From contig JAXLQJ010000044.1 in the NCBI GenBank assembly GCA_046331705.1, positions 46,323 to 66,322 on the forward strand: a stretch of DNA of 20,000 nt. The letters run 5' to 3'. Positions 1-10,396 of this stretch are shown piece by piece. Origin of the DNA: a bacterium. GTDB taxonomy: Bacteria; JADJOY01. The position numbers and the translations under genes were made by a program. Under the pieces are notes generated by a model. That model searched no databases, was not told the DNA's origin, and worked only from the letters and a program-made list of their open reading frames with translations. Position 1 is the first letter of the stretch. The number at the start of each line of letters is the position of its first letter.

Positions 1-73
1 GCGCAACCGACGGAAGCGGCGAGCCCGGCGTCGGGCTGATCGAGACCGTGCGGCGGGCGCGCTTCGCCCAAGG

Positions 74-1447
74 TCAATCGCAAGCGACGGCCGGTGAGCT
101 CCCGGTCCACGAGCACGCATCGCCGAGCTGGAAGTCGTCCGCGAAGATCTCGTCGAGCACGACCTCGACGGCACCCGCGTCACATGCCGCTCCCTGCGGT
201 CGCGTCGTCTCGCGCTGATCCGAGGCGAGGCAATTCGCGGCGACCGCGGCACCGACTGCCACGCTCGTGAGCCCCGGCACGTGCGTCGACGTGCGACCGC
301 CGTTTTGCGCCAGCGCGCCGAGCGCGAGCGCCACGCTCGAGACGCCGTGGCGATCCGTGTCGAGCGCGAAGCCGCAGGTATCGCCCGGGCTCTCGACGTT
401 GCCGCCGTCGGAGCTCCACGACCCACCGTGCACGCAGGACCCGGTCAGCAGATCGTTGCGCAAGATCGTGGTGGGCGGGCCGTTGACCTGCACCTGACGA
501 ATCGCCGTTGCACCCGTGACCGCCGTGTTGCTCGCGATCGTCGAATGCACGATCGTCAGCGTGCCCGCGGTGTGGCTGATCCCGCCGCCGTCGGCTCCGG
601 CGTGGTTGCCGGTCACGGTGGAGTTCGAGAGCGTGAAGTTGCCGCCGATCTGGAACTCGATGCCTCCGCCCGGACCCGGCGTCTGATTGCCACTGATCGT
701 CGAGCGCTCGATGAGCACGGTGGAAACCGGAAAGTCGTCGCCGACCAGCAAACCACCGCCGCGCGAGCTGGGGTGACCCGTCGCCACGTTGTCCGCCACC
801 GTCGAGTCGCGCAGCGTGAGCGACGGAAACCACACCAATCCGCCGCCATGCCTCCCGGTGTTGCCGGAGATCACCACGCGCTCGATCACGCCGTCTCCCC
901 CCTGCGCGTGCAGCCCACCCCCGCCGCTCTCCGAGAAGTTGCCGAGGATCTTCGAGTCCGTGAGCGTGAGGGTGCCGGCGTTCACCAGCCCGCCGCCCGC
1001 GGACGACGAGTGACCACCCGTCAGCGTCACCCCCGAGAGGATCTCGGTGTAGCGCGTGGATCCGGTGAGAATTCCCATCGACAGAACGCGATCGATGCCG
1101 TTGCCGTCGATGATCGTGGTGTCCGCGCCGTCACCACGGATCTCGGTGGCGTAGAAGGCGTCGATGCTGCCGCCGGCGTTTCCGTTGCCGCTCGCCGGCG
1201 GCGGCAGCGTGAGCACGTACGTTCCCGCCGGCAGCAGGACGAGATCCATGTCGGTGCCGGCATTGGCCCGCTCCACCGCGCCGCGCAGCGAGCAATCGTT
1301 GGGCGCGTTGGTGCAGGCCGTGGCGGTGAGCACGTCGTCGGTGCGATCCACCTGGAACGTGGCGGCGGAAGCGCCGGTGGCGCACGCCACCCCAGCCATC
1401 GCGAGGCCGCCCATCACACGGCGAATCGAGCCGAACGAACGACACAT
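74..1447 (-). CDS. Secreted CSLREA-domain / right-handed beta-helix (polymorphic-membrane-protein-like repeat) protein with choice-of-anchor Q C-terminal domain
   Basis: ATG at 1447 preceded by GAGAGG; signal peptide ending GASA|ATFQV; 'TDD...C...CSLRGAV' (CSLREA motif); repeated GGG(L/I)...S(T/V)ISGN units; 'LGALAQNGG..TH...CLASDQR...RPQGAACDAGAVE' (choice-of-anchor Q pattern); tail 'IFADDFQLGDACSW'. The ORF-track start at 1555 adds an Arg-rich extension that is unlikely to be real. Confidence 0.85.
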   Translation of the reverse strand: MCRSFGSIRRVMGGLAMAGVACATGASAATFQVDRTDDVLTATACTNAPNDCSLRGAVERANAGTDMDLVLLPAGTYVLTLPPPASGNGNAGGSIDAFYATEIRGDGADTTIIDGNGIDRVLSMGILTGSTRYTEILSGVTLTGGHSSSAGGGLVNAGTLTLTDSKILGNFSESGGGGLHAQGGDGVIERVVISGNTGRHGGGLVWFPSLTLRDSTVADNVATGHPSSRGGGLLVGDDFPVSTVLIERSTISGNQTPGPGGGIEFQIGGNFTLSNSTVTGNHAGADGGGISHTAGTLTIVHSTIASNTAVTGATAIRQVQVNGPPTTILRNDLLTGSCVHGGSWSSDGGNVESPGDTCGFALDTDRHGVSSVALALGALAQNGGRTSTHVPGLTSVAVGAAVAANCLASDQRETTRPQGAACDAGAVEVVLDEIFADDFQLGDACSWTGSSPAVACD

Positions 1448-1592
1448 GGCAGCGCCTCTCCCGCCCACCCGGAGCACGCGCGGCGACCGCCGCGGAACGA
1501 CGCTCCCCGCGCTCCGGAGGAATCCCAGGATTCTGCGCATCGCCGCGAGTGGCACGCAACCCGCGCGACGCGACCGGCGCGGCGGCGCGAGC

Positions 1593-2597
1593 TCAACGCT
1601 GAGGATTCGCGGTGGGCGGCATGGGAACCGCGAGGTCGGGCACGAAGGACTGCATCAGCTCGAGCTGGCTCTCTTGGGTCTTGCGCCACGCCTCGAGCTT
1701 GCCGAGCTGATCCGCGTCGAGCAGGCCCGTGAGCTGCGCCGTCGCCGCGTCGAGCTGCTTGCGCCGCAGCTCGACCATCTTGGTCATCATCGCCTTGGTG
1801 CTGGTCTGGCCGGGCGCGGAGAGCTCCTTCGCCCACTCCTGTGAATCGGCAGCATCCGGGACGAACGTGCCGAGGACGCCGAAGCCGCCCTTGCGCATGA
1901 TGGCCTCGACCTGGCCACGCTGGTCGTCGCGCAGCCCGACGTCGCGCGCGAAGAACGAGAACTCGCTGCGGAACGCGGTCTCCTTTTGCTCCTCGAGCTC
2001 GCGTGATTTGGCCGCCTGGTAATCCCGATAGCGGGCCGCGCCGAGGATGCGCTCGATCTCCCGCTCGCTGTCGGTGAGCGCGCCGGTGGAGTCGCGCGGG
2101 TCGACTTTCTCACCGCTCATCAGACGTCGCGCCATGTCCTGACCCTGCTTGGCGCGATCCAGCAGCAGCTTCTCGAGATCCTCGCGCTCGCGCGGCGTGA
2201 GCTTCACCGCGCGATCGATCTGCGCGAGCTCCTGCTCGACCATCTGCTTCTGGACCTGGTCGAGAAAGCCGCTCTGCATCACCGCGGCGAAGAGATCCTT
2301 GGGCGCGCTTCCATCGGCGGGTACGGGAGAGGCCGCGGGTGCTGCCGCCGGGGATCCACGGTTCACCGCGGCGCCCGGGGTGGGTGCCGCGGGCTGCGCG
2401 TCGCTCGCCATCGCCGTTTCCAGCGAGTCGAGCCGCTTCTCCAGATCGTCGAGCGCCGCCTTCATCTCGATCTGGATCTTTCGCGAGCGCCCCAGCTCGT
2501 CGGCGAGGCGCGTTCGCTCGCCCTCCTCCCAGGCGATCGCGCCCGCCGCACCGAGCGTCACGAGAACCAGCAAGACCCAGGCGATTCGTCCCGACAT
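1593..2597 (-). CDS. Hypothetical exported or membrane-anchored alpha-helical protein (N-terminal TM/signal, coiled coil, two LTxxQ-like helical modules)
   Basis: ATG at 2597 after GGGGAG; hydrophobic IAWVLLVLVTLGAAGAIAW; heptad stretch MKAALDDLEKRLDSLE; Pro/Ala linker; E/K/Q/M-rich composition unlike the shadow frames. Confidence 0.8.
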   Translation of the reverse strand: MSGRIAWVLLVLVTLGAAGAIAWEEGERTRLADELGRSRKIQIEMKAALDDLEKRLDSLETAMASDAQPAAPTPGAAVNRGSPAAAPAASPVPADGSAPKDLFAAVMQSGFLDQVQKQMVEQELAQIDRAVKLTPREREDLEKLLLDRAKQGQDMARRLMSGEKVDPRDSTGALTDSEREIERILGAARYRDYQAAKSRELEEQKETAFRSEFSFFARDVGLRDDQRGQVEAIMRKGGFGVLGTFVPDAADSQEWAKELSAPGQTSTKAMMTKMVELRRKQLDAATAQLTGLLDADQLGKLEAWRKTQESQLELMQSFVPDLAVPMPPTANPQR

Positions 2598-2633
2598 CGG
2601 CTCCCCCACGCACCGCGGATCGCTGCGCGCGCG

Positions 2634-2639
2634 AGTCTA
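2634..2639 (-). promoter_or_regulatory. Candidate -10 element (TAGACT) for the 2597 gene
   Basis: TAnnnT hexamer on the minus strand 36 nt upstream of the ATG; no clear -35. Confidence 0.35.
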
Positions 2640-2816
2640 CGCGATGTCCCCCGCGGGCACCGCTCGCGCCGCGGCGGCTCGATTCGGCGCCCCGGAGAGG
2701 ACGGTGGCCCGAATCGCGCGCGAACCACCGGGGTCGCGTCCACGCGAAAGCCACGCCGAGGTCACGGCAGCGCCGGTTTGGCGCCACGCGGGGCGCGACG
2801 CGCGTCACATGTGCGA

Positions 2817-2837
2817 ATGATTTCACCGTGAATTCAT
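2817..2837. promoter_or_regulatory. Imperfect 21-bp palindrome, candidate transcription-factor operator
   Basis: ATGATTTCAC-C-GTGAATTCAT (9 of 10 arm positions complementary) in the AT-rich patch of the divergent intergenic region, 46 nt upstream of the acyltransferase ATG. Confidence 0.5.
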
Positions 2838-2883
2838 CTACGGCTCATTCCGGTTTGACGGGGCGCGCCTACGGTGTGCGCCC

Positions 2884-3735
2884 ATGAACGACACGACGAT
2901 CCCCAACGAGCTGCTCACCTGGGAACCCTTCGACTTCCGCGACGCGGCGCGCGGCAGCGCGATCGCTAGCGCGGAACGCGCGACGTTCGCGCTCGGTCAC
3001 GACGCGCCGACGCTCGCCGAGTGGCTGCGCGCCCGCGCCCGGCTGCTGCGCTTCGCCGGCATCACCAGCGCGGCGACCGCGGGGCTCGCGGCCCGCAGCG
3101 CGCTCGGCGTCGGCGCGATCGCCAAGTCCGCGCTCCTCGCGCACGCGTGGGCCGAGCGCGTGGTGACACAGCTGGATCTCGAGCTCCGGATCGTCGGCGC
3201 GGCTCCGCCGCCAGGCACGCTGATCGTGGCGAACCACCGCTCGTACGTCGACATCGCCGCGGTGCTCGCGGCGGCACCCGCGATCTTCCTCGCCAAGGTC
3301 GAGGTCGGAAGCTGGCCCGTGCTCGGCCTGGGGGCCCGGATCGCGCACACGATCTTCGTGTGCCGCGAGGATCCGGCGAGCCGCAAGCAAGCCATCGCTT
3401 CCATGCAGCGCGTGCTCGACCAGGGCACCAGCGTCGCGCTCTTCCCCGAGGGAACCACCACCAAGCGGCCGGGGATGCTGCCGTTCCACCCGGGCTCGTT
3501 CCGGATGGCGGCGTCCCGCGGCTACCGCGTGACGCCCATGGCCCTCGTCTACCCCCATGCGGAGGACGCGTGGGTGGACGACGAGAGCTTCGTCTCTCAC
3601 TTCCTGCGCCGGTGTGGGCAGCGCTGCCTGCGCGTCTCGCTCCACATCGGACCGACGTTTCAGGACGACGACCCCAACCGTCTCAAAGCGCGCGCCGAGG
3701 AGTGGATTCTCGGCCGCATTGGAGGACACCGATGA
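2884..3735 (+). CDS. Lysophospholipid / lyso-aminolipid acyltransferase (PlsC/OlsA family)
   Basis: Catalytic HX4D motif NHRSYVD, 'FLAKVEVGSWPVLG', 'IFVCR' and 'LFPEGT' blocks of the PlsC family. Confidence 0.9.
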   Translation: MNDTTIPNELLTWEPFDFRDAARGSAIASAERATFALGHDAPTLAEWLRARARLLRFAGITSAATAGLAARSALGVGAIAKSALLAHAWAERVVTQLDLELRIVGAAPPPGTLIVANHRSYVDIAAVLAAAPAIFLAKVEVGSWPVLGLGARIAHTIFVCREDPASRKQAIASMQRVLDQGTSVALFPEGTTTKRPGMLPFHPGSFRMAASRGYRVTPMALVYPHAEDAWVDDESFVSHFLRRCGQRCLRVSLHIGPTFQDDDPNRLKARAEEWILGRIGGHR

Positions 3736-4634
3736 GCACCGTCAACCACGGCAAGCGATCGCGGTACCGCATCGAGATGCTCCATCGCCCCGGATTGCGC
3801 CTTTCGGAAGCCGATCTCGCGCGGCTGGTCGCGAACGTCCGCACCGTCGCCGCCGAGTGCTTCGACGAGGTCCCCGACTACCAGTGCATGCGCGGCACGC
3901 GCGCGGAGCTCTCGGACAAGGTGATGACGCTCGCCTGGCGCGCCGACGGCACGCTCGCCGGCTTCTGCTCGGCCGTGCTGTTGCCGGTGCCAGGCGTGGG
4001 CGAGGTGCTGCATCTCGGGCTCACGTGCGTGTCGCAGCGCGACCGCAGCTCCGGCCTCACCCACCGGCTGACGTCCAAGCTCACGATCCGGTACCTGCTG
4101 CGGCACCGGCCGTTGAGCCGGGTGTGGGTGACGAACGTCGCCTGCGTGCTCTCGAGCCTCGCGAACGTGGGCCGCCACTTCGATCGGGTCTATCCCTCGC
4201 CCGAGGGCCCCGAGACGGCCACGACGACCCATCGCCGGATCGCCGAGGCCATCGACACGCTCTACCGCGACAAGATCTACATCCGCAGCGACGCGGAGCT
4301 CGATCGCGACGCCTTCGTGTTCCGCGGCAGCGTCCGCGGCACCGTGTTCCAGAAGGACGAAGGCGACCCCCGCTACCACCATCGCGACGCCGCCAGCAAC
4401 GCGTTCTACTCGTCGCTGCTGAGCTTCGAGGACGGCGACGAGGTCTTGCAGATCGGCTCGATGAGCTTGCTCACCGGCTTGCGCTACCTGCGTCGCAAGC
4501 GCGCGGCGGCGCCCGCGCGCGCCCGCCGCGCGATCGTGCCGCGCGTCCCGCGCGTCCCCACCACCGAGATCGCGCCGACCGTTCCACTCTGGTCGGCCCC
4601 CGAAGCGGTCGACCGACCCGCGCCGCGAGCCTGA
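3732..4634 (+). CDS. Hypothetical protein with probable GNAT-like acyltransferase fold
   Basis: Real start is the ATG at 3732, overlapping the upstream stop (ATGA) and preceded by GGAGG; 300 aa; 'DGTLAGFCSA...VLHLGLTCVSQRDRSSGLTHRL' resembles GNAT beta-strand plus motif A (V..x.RxxG). The ORF-track extension to 3021 is a shadow of the PlsC gene. Confidence 0.75.
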   Translation: MSTVNHGKRSRYRIEMLHRPGLRLSEADLARLVANVRTVAAECFDEVPDYQCMRGTRAELSDKVMTLAWRADGTLAGFCSAVLLPVPGVGEVLHLGLTCVSQRDRSSGLTHRLTSKLTIRYLLRHRPLSRVWVTNVACVLSSLANVGRHFDRVYPSPEGPETATTTHRRIAEAIDTLYRDKIYIRSDAELDRDAFVFRGSVRGTVFQKDEGDPRYHHRDAASNAFYSSLLSFEDGDEVLQIGSMSLLTGLRYLRRKRAAAPARARRAIVPRVPRVPTTEIAPTVPLWSAPEAVDRPAPRA

Positions 4635-4654
4635 GCACGCACCTTCGCGTGCTC
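4633..4654 (+). terminator. Stem-loop at the stop codon of the GNAT-like gene (possible terminator or 3' protective hairpin)
   Basis: GAGCACGC-ACCTTC-GCGTGCTC, 8-bp stem; no U-tract; further GC hairpins follow. Confidence 0.3.
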
Positions 4655-4798
4655 GACGCGCCGCGTCCGCGCCCGAGCGCGCGGGCGCGGCGCATGTTTC
4701 GTTGACGATCTCCGACCTCGTCCGTATCGTGGCCGCACGCTTCGCGGCGTGTCGCGACGGAGTCTGCGACGGTCGCCGAGCACGACGCGAGTGATGGC

Positions 4799-7092
<2,294 letters not shown>

Positions 7093-7096
<4 letters not shown>

Positions 7097-7117
7097 GCGA
7101 GCTCGGCGCGCGCTCAG
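7093..7117. terminator. Hairpin spanning the two convergent stop codons (kinase / RNase)
   Basis: CTGAGCG-A-GC-TCGGC-GC-G-CGCTCAG; the arms contain both TGA stops; no U-tract. Confidence 0.3.
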
Positions 7118-8958
7118 CGGATCTCGAGGTCGATGCGGCCGAGCTCCTCGTCGACACGCACCAGCGTCACGTCGAGCGGCGTGCCGAGCGCCACGCCACC
7201 CTTGGGCAACGATTCGCTCGCGATCGTCCCCGTGATTCCCATGCCCTCGAGCTGCACGACCACGCCGAACGACTTGATCGAGACCACGTTGCCGCGGAAT
7301 CGCTCGCCGATGCGCCCCGCCAGCCAGCGCGCCGCGACCATCTGCAGCCGCTCGATCTCGGCACGTCGCGCGGCGTAGGCCGAACGATTCAGGTCGGTCG
7401 CGAGCGCTTCGAGCGTGGGATCGGCGGTGGTGGCATCGCGCCGGCCCGCGAGGAACCGCTTCACCGCACGGTGCACCACCAGATCCGCGTAGCGCCGGAT
7501 CGGCGAGGTGAAGTGGAGATAGCGCGGCGCCGCGAGCCCGAAGTGCGGCGCGGCCTTGGGGCTGTAGCGCGCGGGGCCGAGCACGCCGAGCATCGCCGTG
7601 CGCATCGCCGGCTCCACCGAGGTACCGCGATACTGCGCCTCGAACGCCGCCAGACCGAGCGGGGTGAGCGTCTCGGCGAAGCCCGGCTCGAAGCCCGAGT
7701 TCCGCGCCAGCTCCGCGAGCGTTTCCACGCGCTCGCGATCGGGCTGATCGTGGACGCGAAAGAGCGCGGGCAAGCCGCGGTCGATGAGCCACGAAGCCAC
7801 GGCCTCGTTGGCCGCGACCATCAATCGCTCGACCAGGCGATGGGCGCTGGTCTCACCGCGCGTGACGATGCCGGTCGGCTCGCGCGTGTCGGCGTCGAGC
7901 CGCACCGAGGCCTCTTCGCGGAAGAAGGCGCTCGTGCCGCCGCGTGCGGCGCGCACCACCGAGAGCCGCGCGGCGGCGGTACGCAGCCAGCGCAAGCAAG
8001 CGAGCACCTCGGCGCTCAGCTCGCCCGTCTCGCCATGCTCGAGATACGCGGCGACCTGGTCGTACGTGAGCCGTGCGTGCGATCGAATCACCGACTCGGC
8101 GACGTCCACCGCCACGACGTCGCCTTCGGGCCCGACGCGCAGCTCCACGGTCAGCGCCAACCGATCCTGACCCGGGACCAAGCTCGCGCGCAGCTCGCTC
8201 ACCTCGGGTGGCAGCATCGGGATGACGCGGCCGACGAGGTAGACGCTGGTGCCGCGCGCGCGGGCCTCGCGGTCGAGGGCGCTCTCCGCGGGCACCGCGG
8301 CGTCGACGTCGGCGATCGAGATCAGCACCCGCACCGCACCGTCGTCCTGGGCCGGCAGCACCGCCAGCGCGTCGTCGATGTCGCGGGTCTCGGCCGAGTC
8401 GATGGTGACCGTGGGCACGTCGCGCAGATCCCGTCGGCCGCGGACGTCGAGACGCCGGCCACCGCGCTTGGCTTGCGTGACGCACGCGCTCGGAAAATCC
8501 CCGCGAATCCCGTGACGAACGAGCACGCGCTCGATGCTCGCCTCGCTCGCGGCCACCGAGCGCTCGAAGCGCGCCGTGGCGCCGTCGATGCTCGCGACCA
8601 CCGCGGCGCCGTCGGGGAGATCGCGCGGCGCGCCTTCCAACGGCCAATCGGTGTTGGCGACCACGCGGTCGACGCGCAGGAACGCGCGCCCCGAGCGACG
8701 CGTGAGCGACCCGAAGAGCTCGCTCCGCGTGCGCTCGAGGAGCTTGAGATGCTGAGCGGAATAGCGCTCGGGCTGGCTCTCGAGGACTCGCGCCTCGACG
8801 CGATCGCCCTCGAGGAACCGGTTCAGGTCGGGCGGCGCCACGAACGCGGAGCGGGCCTCGGCCCCTTCGAGGTTGAGAAAACCGAATCCGCGCGGATGAA
8901 CGGAGATCCGACCGATCGCGGGGACGGCGTGCGACTTGGGACGCTCGGCGGGCTTCAT
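7114..8958 (-). CDS. RNB-domain 3'-5' exoribonuclease (RNase R/RNase II family), compact form
   Basis: Cold-shock OB start 'GRISVHPRGFGF'; catalytic 'TIDSAETRDIDDA'; 'RGTSVYL...PMLP'; 'AHRLVERLMVAANE'; 'HFGLA...YLHFTSPIRRYADL'; C-terminal S1 domain ending 'RIDL'. Confidence 0.95.
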   Translation of the reverse strand: MKPAERPKSHAVPAIGRISVHPRGFGFLNLEGAEARSAFVAPPDLNRFLEGDRVEARVLESQPERYSAQHLKLLERTRSELFGSLTRRSGRAFLRVDRVVANTDWPLEGAPRDLPDGAAVVASIDGATARFERSVAASEASIERVLVRHGIRGDFPSACVTQAKRGGRRLDVRGRRDLRDVPTVTIDSAETRDIDDALAVLPAQDDGAVRVLISIADVDAAVPAESALDREARARGTSVYLVGRVIPMLPPEVSELRASLVPGQDRLALTVELRVGPEGDVVAVDVAESVIRSHARLTYDQVAAYLEHGETGELSAEVLACLRWLRTAAARLSVVRAARGGTSAFFREEASVRLDADTREPTGIVTRGETSAHRLVERLMVAANEAVASWLIDRGLPALFRVHDQPDRERVETLAELARNSGFEPGFAETLTPLGLAAFEAQYRGTSVEPAMRTAMLGVLGPARYSPKAAPHFGLAAPRYLHFTSPIRRYADLVVHRAVKRFLAGRRDATTADPTLEALATDLNRSAYAARRAEIERLQMVAARWLAGRIGERFRGNVVSIKSFGVVVQLEGMGITGTIASESLPKGGVALGTPLDVTLVRVDEELGRIDLEIR

Positions 8959-8966
8959 GGGGCCGA

Positions 8967-8972
8967 AGGATA
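8967..8972 (-). promoter_or_regulatory. Candidate -10 element (TATCCT) 8 nt before the RNase ATG (leaderless-type)
   Basis: Minus strand reads GC-TATCCT-TCGGCCCC-ATG with no Shine-Dalgarno. Confidence 0.4.
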
Positions 8973-9031
8973 GCGGCGCCGCCGACGCCGCAGAAACGCG
9001 CGTGGCCGGGACGATGGTCGCGCTCGCCGGA

Positions 9032-10207
9032 TCAGCCCGCGCCCGTGTCGGATGCGGCCTGCGCGGTGTCGCGCACGGCCTGCACTTCCGCCGCCGTCGC
9101 GTCGCGCCAGATCCCGAGCTTGCGACGGCGCTCGATGGCCTGCGGCCGCAAGCGCAGCGAGGTGACGAGCTTCCCCGCGAGATTGAAGACGTGGGCGCGC
9201 CCGCGCTCGCCGAGCGCCACCACGGTGCCGTGGCGCGTGTCGATCAAGATCGCGTCGTCGCTCGCACGCACCAGGTCGCGCACGGCCATGCGCGTCGGTC
9301 GATCGCCCTCCTCGTGGCGCGTGGCCGCGTGCGAGGTGCGGCGCGCCTTGGCCCGATCGCCTTGCTCGAGGCGCCTGGCGATGCCCTTGAGCAGCCCGTC
9401 GATGCGCGACTGCGGCCCCTCGGCGCCGCGGGTCCGCTTCTTCGGCGCCCGCTCGATCTGCTCCAGGACGGTCTGCGCCCAGCGCGCGGTGGCCGCCCAC
9501 GGCACCGGATCGGTCTGGGTGGCCAGCGATGCGAGCGGCTCGCCGCACGGACCGATGCCCACGACGTTGAGCGAGAGCCGGCGACGCGCGCCGGGCACCT
9601 GCGTCGAGATCACCTGCAGGCTGATCGCGAGCGGCGCCGGGAGACCCGAGCGATCGGGCGCACGGTAGTAACCCGCGCACACCTGACCGTGGACGCGGAA
9701 GCCGGTGGCGACATCGCGAAACTCGGGCAGCAGCTCGCTCGCGAGCTCGCGCCCGCCGAGCACCACGACCACCAGCTCGCGGCGCTCGGCATAGAGCTTC
9801 TCGATCCGCGGGTCCTTGCGCTCGAGGAGCAGCTGGCCGAAGTCGCCGAAGCGCGGCTGGCCGGTGGGACCGTAACCGCGGAACACCTCGCGGCTCTCGA
9901 CCGGCGAGCTGTGCTCGCAATCGGCGGCGGCGCAGCGAAGGCAATAGGCGTGGCCGGGGCGGGCCAGGCTGCGCGCGGCGACCAACGACCGGATGCCCGC
10001 GTCGAGGGCTCGACCGAGATCGCCGGCGACCTCGACGCGCGTGGCCTCGTCGCCGCCGATCGGCAGCGCGAGCCGCAGCTCGATGCGCTGCCCTCGACCG
10101 CGAGCGAGATGCCCAGCGGGATGGCCGAGGATCCGCTCGCGCGCCTCCTCCTCGAGAAGCCGCGCGACCTGCTGCAGCCGAGGGCCCACTGCGCGGCGAT
10201 CCGGCAT
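9032..10207 (-). CDS. Hypothetical protein with CxxCx4CxH metal-binding motif
   Basis: ATG at 10207 preceded by GAGGAG; 'YCLRCAAADCEHS'; alternating beta/alpha protein-like sequence; candidate -10 TACCCT at 10259-10264 (-). Confidence 0.7.
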   Translation of the reverse strand: MPDRRAVGPRLQQVARLLEEEARERILGHPAGHLARGRGQRIELRLALPIGGDEATRVEVAGDLGRALDAGIRSLVAARSLARPGHAYCLRCAAADCEHSSPVESREVFRGYGPTGQPRFGDFGQLLLERKDPRIEKLYAERRELVVVVLGGRELASELLPEFRDVATGFRVHGQVCAGYYRAPDRSGLPAPLAISLQVISTQVPGARRRLSLNVVGIGPCGEPLASLATQTDPVPWAATARWAQTVLEQIERAPKKRTRGAEGPQSRIDGLLKGIARRLEQGDRAKARRTSHAATRHEEGDRPTRMAVRDLVRASDDAILIDTRHGTVVALGERGRAHVFNLAGKLVTSLRLRPQAIERRRKLGIWRDATAAEVQAVRDTAQAASDTGAG

Positions 10208-10396
10208 CGCGACCACTCCTCACCCAGCACGCGAGTCGCTCGCGGCGGCGTCGGCGCCAGGGTAGCGCCTCGGCCCGGGTCCTCGCGATCCCGATCGCAA
10301 CGTCCCGCTCGCGACGATGCCGCCCACGGTGGTTGCGGGGGAGGGGCGACCATGCAAGCATCGGCGCCCGTCACCCGAAAACCGAGGAGCATCGAG

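Noticed and set aside
1520-1533. GAATCC-CA-GGATTC palindrome upstream of the CSLREA gene
   Set aside because: 6-bp arms in a single instance; not distinguishable from chance without comparative data.
281-1732. 483-aa plus-strand ORF and similar long overlapping frames (e.g. 10220-12127, 16174-18117, 18520-19995)
   Set aside because: Antisense or alternate-frame shadows of well-supported genes, expected at this GC content.
2855-2860. TTGACG as the -35 for the acyltransferase promoter
   Set aside because: Only 9 nt from TACGGT, far from the 16-18 nt spacing.
8936-10396. 487-aa N-terminal extension of the beta-helix/cytochrome ORF
   Set aside because: Antisense to the 9032-10207 gene; the SD, signal peptide and lipobox place the real start at 10397.
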